Assembly: GCA_963675785.1 (NCBI GenBank)
Contig: OY776562.1
Coordinates: 1,280,001 to 1,344,000 of the forward strand
DNA: 64,000 nucleotides
DNA from: Anaerolineae bacterium
Lineage (GTDB): Bacteria; Chloroflexota; Anaerolineae; UBA1429
Direction of reading: 5' to 3'
Part shown: piece after piece, positions 59,417-64,000 of the stretch
How positions within the stretch are numbered: the first letter of the stretch is position 1
Layout: each line of letters opens with the position of its first letter
The notes under the pieces: generated by a model
Database searches by the model: none
Told to the model about the DNA's origin: nothing
The model's input: only the letters and a program-made list of their open reading frames with translations
Made by a program: the position numbers and the translations under genes

Positions 59417-59794
59417 TTAGCTTGCACAGCAGCAGGTGTCAGCCTCGTTACACCGCGGACAGGGGCAGCCAGCCACAGGCACACGCGGCACGGGGTCGTA
59501 ACGCAGTTTGGGGTTGCTCCCCAGCGCCAAATCCTTGAGCAGCGAAAGCACCCCCGCAGCGCGGGCATCCGCCAGCCTGTAGTAGATCATTTGCCCATCT
59601 CGGCGTACGTCCACCAGTCCGGCATCACGCAGCACGCCCAGCTGCTGCGATACATAGGCCTGGCGCTTGTCCAGAATGTGCGTCAGGTGGCATACACAAG
59701 CCTCGTCCACCGAAAGCAATTCTAGGATGCGCAGCCGTGTTGGGTGGGCAAATGCCTTACTGATCTCACTCAGGGCTTCGTATGTCTCTTCCAT
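59417..59794 (-). CDS. ArsR/SmtB regulator with Cys-rich tail
   Basis: KAFAHPTRLRILELL, ACVCHL, QAYVSQQL..LR.AGLV, tail GCPCPRC..TCCCAS. Confidence 0.9.
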   Translation of the reverse strand: MEETYEALSEISKAFAHPTRLRILELLSVDEACVCHLTHILDKRQAYVSQQLGVLRDAGLVDVRRDGQMIYYRLADARAAGVLSLLKDLALGSNPKLRYDPVPRVPVAGCPCPRCNEADTCCCAS

Positions 59795-59814
59795 TCGGCT
59801 CCTTGTAACACTGA

Positions 59815-59867
59815 TATATTCATAATTAAGAATATACACAGCATAGCGTTTGTTGCACACTTGTCAA
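59815..59867 (-). promoter_or_regulatory. Promoter and ArsR operator for the leftward operon
   Basis: Dyad TATATTC-ATAATTAA-GAATATA (59815-36); minus-strand TTGACA (59862-67)-16-TATGCT. Confidence 0.65.
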
Positions 59868-60026
59868 ATAGCTAGGGTCGCATTCCTCGGAATGATTTGA
59901 GCGGCCATAAAAATGGAATAAACCGAATTATATGCGCTATAAACTCGGCTGAGATACTTCCAGCGCTTGCCGTGTAAAGCAAGAGACGCCCTACTTTTGC
60001 GTACGCGCACTAGATATATTCAACGA

Positions 60027-60074
60027 TTGACATTCTTTTTGTATAGCAATATACTTTAATAAGCATTGAACTAT
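60027..60074 (+). promoter_or_regulatory. Promoter and imperfect ArsR dyad for arsR-acr3-arsC
   Basis: TTGACA-17-TATACT; imperfect dyad ATACTTTAAT-AAGC-ATTGAACTAT overlapping -10. Confidence 0.6.
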
Positions 60075-60117
60075 CAAGAGGCAATGATACGACATCATGC
60101 GAATTGGAGGTGTTTGT

Positions 60118-60462
60118 GTGATACGCGATCAACTGGCCATCACGCTGCGTTCCCTAGGCGATCCCACCCGCCTGGCCATTGTGAATACCCTTATGCAGGG
60201 CACCCACTGCAACTGTGAGCTCTCGGACAAGCTGGGCCTTTCGGCCAGCCTCATCTCACACCACATGCGCGTGCTCACCGAGCTGGATCTGATCATCGCC
60301 GAACGCCAACCGCAAGATCGCCGCTGGATCTATTACCGCATCAACCCGTCCGCCGTCGCCGAGCTAACCGCTACATTGACAGCCCTGTTCGATCCCGCCC
60401 GCATCCAACCGCGCGATCCGCTTTGCTGCATCGATGGCTCGTCCTGTTCAAAAGGGGAATAG
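60118..60462 (+). CDS. arsR: ArsR family regulator
   Basis: LGDPTRL.I, HCNCEL, ISHHMRVL, RWIYY, C-terminal CC..C. Confidence 0.88.
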   Translation: MIRDQLAITLRSLGDPTRLAIVNTLMQGTHCNCELSDKLGLSASLISHHMRVLTELDLIIAERQPQDRRWIYYRINPSAVAELTATLTALFDPARIQPRDPLCCIDGSSCSKGE

Positions 60463-60465
60463 TGC

Positions 60466-61527
60466 ATGAAGACGTTTGAAAAGTACCTGGCCGTGTGGGT
60501 TGCCCTGTGTATGGGCCTGGGCATCCTGCTCTCGCAAACCGTACCCGGCCTTAGCGAGGCCATCGATTCCTGGCAGGTGCGTGGGATATCCGTCCCCATC
60601 GGCATCTGCCTCTTTTTGATGATGTATCCCGCCCTGCTCAACCTGCAGCTCAGCGAGCTGAAAAAGCTGCGCAGCAACCCCAAACCCATACTACTCTCGT
60701 TGATCTCTAACTGGATTGTGGCGCCGCTGGTGGCCGCTGGTCTGGCCTACCTGTTCCTCGATGACCAACAGCTCATCGTCGCCGTCATCCTGCTGGGTTC
60801 CAGCCCCTGCACGGCCATGGTGCTGGTGTGGGGCCGGCTGGCTGAGGGCAACCAGGAACAGAACGTGGTCAATACCAGCCTCAACACCCTGACCATCATG
60901 GTGCTCTATGTGCCCATCGTCTCGCTGCTCACTGGTATCCAGGGCATCCCCATCGATCGCATGATGCTGCTCATCTCGGCTGGCGTATTTATCGGCCTGC
61001 CGCTCATTGCCGGTATCCTCTCCAAGCGCATCATCTTGCGCACCCGCGGCCAAGAATGGTTCGAGAACACCTATCACCCCATCGTTGAAAAGGTATCCAT
61101 CGCCGCCCTGTTGACTACTTTGGTGGTGCTGTTCTCTCTCAACGGTCAAACCCTCATCGAGAACCCGGATGCCTTGCTCAAGGTCTCAGTGCCCCTGTTG
61201 CTGGGCTTTGTCATTGTGGTTGGCTACAATCTCATCATCACGCGGCTGGCCGGCTTGCATTATAAAGAGGCCATCACCACCGTGCTCATTGGTTCTTCCA
61301 GCCACTTTGAGATCGCCATTGCCACTGCCGTGGCCCTTTACGGCGTAGGATCTTATGCCGCCCTAGGCACCACCATGGGCCTCTTTTGGGAAGTGCCCAT
61401 CATGTTAGGGCTGGTCTCGCTGGGCAAAGCCCTAGGCCGCCGAGGCTATTGGGCCGCAGAACCGCAGCCACAACCCGTCATTACGCCAACGCAATCTTCT
61501 AGCAATTTGGAGAACGAACATGTCTGA
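60466..61527 (+). CDS. acr3: Acr3 arsenite efflux permease
   Basis: FEKYL..WV, LMMYP, NW..AP, PCTAMVLVW, SSHFEIAIA, EVPIML. Confidence 0.92.
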   Translation: MKTFEKYLAVWVALCMGLGILLSQTVPGLSEAIDSWQVRGISVPIGICLFLMMYPALLNLQLSELKKLRSNPKPILLSLISNWIVAPLVAAGLAYLFLDDQQLIVAVILLGSSPCTAMVLVWGRLAEGNQEQNVVNTSLNTLTIMVLYVPIVSLLTGIQGIPIDRMMLLISAGVFIGLPLIAGILSKRIILRTRGQEWFENTYHPIVEKVSIAALLTTLVVLFSLNGQTLIENPDALLKVSVPLLLGFVIVVGYNLIITRLAGLHYKEAITTVLIGSSSHFEIAIATAVALYGVGSYAALGTTMGLFWEVPIMLGLVSLGKALGRRGYWAAEPQPQPVITPTQSSSNLENEHV

Positions 61528-61969
61528 TAAAACCAACGTACTCTTTCTTTGCACCGGTAATTCAGCCCGCAGCCAGATGGCCGAAGCCCTGCTGCGCCAC
61601 CTCGCCGGCGATCGTTACGAGGTCCGTAGTGCTGGCCTGGAACCCAAGGGCATCAATCCCTACGCCCGCGCCGTACTGGAAGAAAAAGGCCTCGATATCT
61701 CCGGCCAACGCTCCAAGCACCTCAGCGAATACATGGATCAAAACCTGGGCGGCTATCTCATCACCGTCTGCGGCAACGCCGACGAGCGCTGCCCTTACTA
61801 CCCCGGCCAGGGCACTCGCCTGCATTGGCCTTTCGATGATCCCGCCGCTTTCGAGGGCAGCGAAGAGGAAACCCTGGCCGTGTTCCGCGCTACCCGCGAC
61901 GCCCTTGAGGCCCGCATTCTCGCCTGGCTGGCAGAGCAAAAAGCTAGCAATAGTAGCGCGGCGGGTTGA
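61520..61969 (+). CDS. arsC: Thioredoxin-coupled arsenate reductase (LMW-PTP fold)
   Basis: CTGNSARSQMAE, ITVCGNADERCP, HWPFDDP. Confidence 0.92.
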   Translation: MSDKTNVLFLCTGNSARSQMAEALLRHLAGDRYEVRSAGLEPKGINPYARAVLEEKGLDISGQRSKHLSEYMDQNLGGYLITVCGNADERCPYYPGQGTRLHWPFDDPAAFEGSEEETLAVFRATRDALEARILAWLAEQKASNSSAAG

Positions 61970-62069
61970 AACCCGTCGCTGAGGCACAAGTAAAAGCAGT
62001 GCAGGCTTAAACCTGCACTGCTTTTCGAACTCGCTCTGCCTCTCAGCGTGGGGTTTTCAACCCCACGCT
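61956..62069. repeat. Left flank repeat (inverted REP doublet plus central hairpin)
   Basis: GCGGCGGGTTGAAACCCGTCGCTGAG; AAAAGCAGTGCAGG..CCTGCACTGCTTTT; CTCAGCGTGGGGTTTTCAACCCCACGCT. Confidence 0.9.
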
Positions 62070-62099
62070 TCTATAGAAAACCCAATTCCTCAATAGCAC

Positions 62100-62501
62100 T
62101 CACCCAATCTCATAGATAGGCTTAGCCTCTCGGCGCGCATGGATTACCCGCTGATTTCGCACGTACTGAACAACCCGTTCCAAACAAGAATCGCATACAG
62201 TCTTGATGCCATATGATCGTTGCCAACGAAATATCCCATCAAGGCCACATTGCGTGTTTATATACCGTGAACTGTTGCCCTTGATGTTTTTGATAAGCGT
62301 AGGGATGTAAACACGTGGAAGTATGGAAACGACGAGATGAACATGGTCATCACAGCCCCCTAAAGCGTGAGGAATCGTCTGAGCAGCCTCAATCTGTTCA
62401 CGCATAATGGCAAATACATCCCTCGCGATGCCCGACACAAGAACCGGTTCGCGATGTTGAACCGTCCAAACAATATGGTAATGCGTGCGCCATTGCCCCA
62501 T
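62100..62501 (-). CDS. tnpA: Y1 HUH transposase (IS200/IS605 TnpA or REP-associated RAYT-like)
   Basis: YHIVW, DHVHL (HUH), KGNSS, WQRSY, catalytic Tyr in YVRNQ; no tnpB. Confidence 0.88.
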   Translation of the reverse strand: MGQWRTHYHIVWTVQHREPVLVSGIARDVFAIMREQIEAAQTIPHALGGCDDHVHLVVSILPRVYIPTLIKNIKGNSSRYINTQCGLDGIFRWQRSYGIKTVCDSCLERVVQYVRNQRVIHARREAKPIYEIG

Positions 62502-62572
62502 ATCTATTCCTTATTACTTTTATTCTACGTACTGTATGTTTCATAATAACTATTGCCACTTACTCAGACAAG

Positions 62573-62684
62573 GCGCGGCGGGTTGAAACCCGTCGCTGAG
62601 GCACAAGTAAAAGCAGTGCAGGTTTAAACCTGCACTGCTTTTCGAACTAGATCCAAGCTCAACGTGGGGTTTCAACCTCACGCT
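62573..62684. repeat. Right flank repeat (direct copy of 61956-62069)
   Basis: 62573-62648 matches 61956-62031 at 75/76 nt; third hairpin CTCAACGTGGGGTTTCAACCTCACGCT. Confidence 0.9.
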
Positions 62685-62688
62685 CAAT

Positions 62689-63069
62689 CTACATCATCGG
62701 TACAGCGCGCTTGCAGAGCTGAATGGCCAGCCCCCAGGGATCGCGCATCATCCACAACTCATCGCCCGCTAGCGTGCTTCCCTTGGGCTCAAACTCTGTA
62801 GCGCCAGCAGCAATCAGCCGATCATGGTCAGCATCCACGTCTTCCGATTTGAAGGCCAAATGCAGCAGCAATGGGCTCATCGCCGCGTAATCGGGCGTGG
62901 TCACGGTGTTATTAGCATACACCTCGAGCATGGTGTTGCCTGCCGAGATGAAATGAGCATCCGCTTCATTGTTTAACTTGCGAATCAGCGTGAACCCGAG
63001 GTTCTTGCAATACCAGTCGCTAAAGGCCACCGGGTCATCTACCTGAATGCCGATATGTTCAATAATCAT
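62689..63069 (-). CDS. VOC/glyoxalase family protein
   Basis: IEHIGIQV.D..WY...LGF, LHLAF, RDPWG..IQL. Confidence 0.9.
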   Translation of the reverse strand: MIIEHIGIQVDDPVAFSDWYCKNLGFTLIRKLNNEADAHFISAGNTMLEVYANNTVTTPDYAAMSPLLLHLAFKSEDVDADHDRLIAAGATEFEPKGSTLAGDELWMMRDPWGLAIQLCKRAVPMM

Positions 63070-63117
63070 GCCACCCTCCAAAGAATGCTGTACGTTCTAT
63101 GCCCCAAACGCCCTCAA

Positions 63118-64000
63118 TCAGGCGTCCTTACGGGCCTTGTCCGGATCTCCTACTTGCTGCCAGATATGCACCAGGCCATGTAAATCGCGTCCCCGCGCTA
63201 CCGCTTCACGCCCGGCATCCTCACGCAAACCCACAATGGCAATACCCTTGTCTACCGTGGCCGCGAAAATCGCTTCCATGTCATTGTATTCGGGCTGCGA
63301 GAGATTGATCGCATACAAACCCGGCATATCGCTCATGAGCGGCACAAAGTGGCTGCCCCTGCCGCAAAAATGGATCGCCCCGCCGCCAAAGGCATCCAGC
63401 AAGCGCTGGTCGTAGGGCTTGATGAAGTTATCAAACATACGCGGTGAGAGGTTCATAGCCGAATCATCGCGCAGCATGATGTTGCCCGGGAGCATCAGTC
63501 CCCAGTGGGCGTTGGCATCTTTTTCAAAAGGCACAAGGGCTATCCAACGCTTCATGAAAGCGATATAGGTCTCGGTCGCCAGCTCTAGAAACTCGCGCAC
63601 CATGCCAGGATTATCAACCAGGGCCGTAAACATCTCGCTACCCCACACCACCTCACAAATGTCCATGGGGCCTTGCAGATCGGGGTGATAAATGTGCACA
63701 TAGCGCCCGATCTTGGGGTAGCGCTCGGCAATGTCCCGATAAAAAGCGCCCATCTCGAATACCTGCTGACCATAACCGCACTCCAGATCAGGGATGCCGG
63801 CATCGATGGCGGCCCTCACCCAGGCTTCATCATGAAAAGGTACGGCCGTAGGCAGTGTATCCAGCTTTTCATCCATGATGAAAAGCTCGGTACCAAACAA
63901 GAGGGGCATAATGCCCGTCCCGTAATTGCAGCGCACATTGAGTACTGCCCCACTGCCCTTTGCCAATGCCTGTGAGGCTGCCCCAAATTGCTGCAGCGCC
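63118..64000 (-). CDS. UroD/MtaA-like TIM-barrel protein (5'-truncated by window edge)
   Basis: HPDLQGPMDI, DDSAMNLSP.MF..FIKPY, IHFCGRG. Confidence 0.7.
   Translation of the reverse strand, partial: ALQQFGAASQALAKGSGAVLNVRCNYGTGIMPLLFGTELFIMDEKLDTLPTAVPFHDEAWVRAAIDAGIPDLECGYGQQVFEMGAFYRDIAERYPKIGRYVHIYHPDLQGPMDICEVVWGSEMFTALVDNPGMVREFLELATETYIAFMKRWIALVPFEKDANAHWGLMLPGNIMLRDDSAMNLSPRMFDNFIKPYDQRLLDAFGGGAIHFCGRGSHFVPLMSDMPGLYAINLSQPEYNDMEAIFAATVDKGIAIVGLREDAGREAVARGRDLHGLVHIWQQVGDPDKARKDA

Larger units (their letters stand above)
61956..62684. mobile_element. REPtron-like element: REP doublet - tnpA(Y1) - REP doublet
   Basis: AT-richer transposase gene bracketed by two direct structured repeats, filling the gap between convergent arsC and VOC genes. 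Confidence 0.75.

Noticed and set aside
62100-62684. TnpB/omegaRNA (OMEGA) system
   Set aside because: No tnpB or iscB ORF or remnant between the repeats.

Overview
Bacterial chromosomal window of moderately high GC, probably Chloroflexota/Anaerolineae (inferred from a secreted protein with a 'VFIPLILR' C-terminal motif and from gene content). The first 47 kb is dominated by carbohydrate catabolism, mostly enzymes without signal peptides: a NanA-like aldolase, a GH63-like/sulfatase/GH38/propeller operon, two GH2, GH127, GH31 and GH5. It also holds two tandem ~577-aa orphan proteins that look like a possible new lyase family, and five oligogalacturonate-lyase-like (PL22/Ogl) beta-propeller paralogues plus a 25-codon remnant of a sixth. 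Several short AT-richer inserts interrupt this: lipoprotein+GNAT, trypsin-like protease+membrane protein, and a DUF4238 cluster. A DUF362-MerR unit carries a clear NmlR/AdhR-type operator, and an orphan sdpR-sdpI pair carries a doubled operator. The right end has a divergent arsenic-resistance cluster and a lone Y1/HUH transposase flanked by ~113-bp direct repeats, each built as an inverted REP doublet. A solitary related hairpin (~45.5 kb) and two tandem structured ~220-bp elements (54.8-55.3 kb) suggest a REP/REPIN system. I saw no rRNA, tRNA or CRISPR array. All assignments come from motif recognition by eye; no database searches were run.
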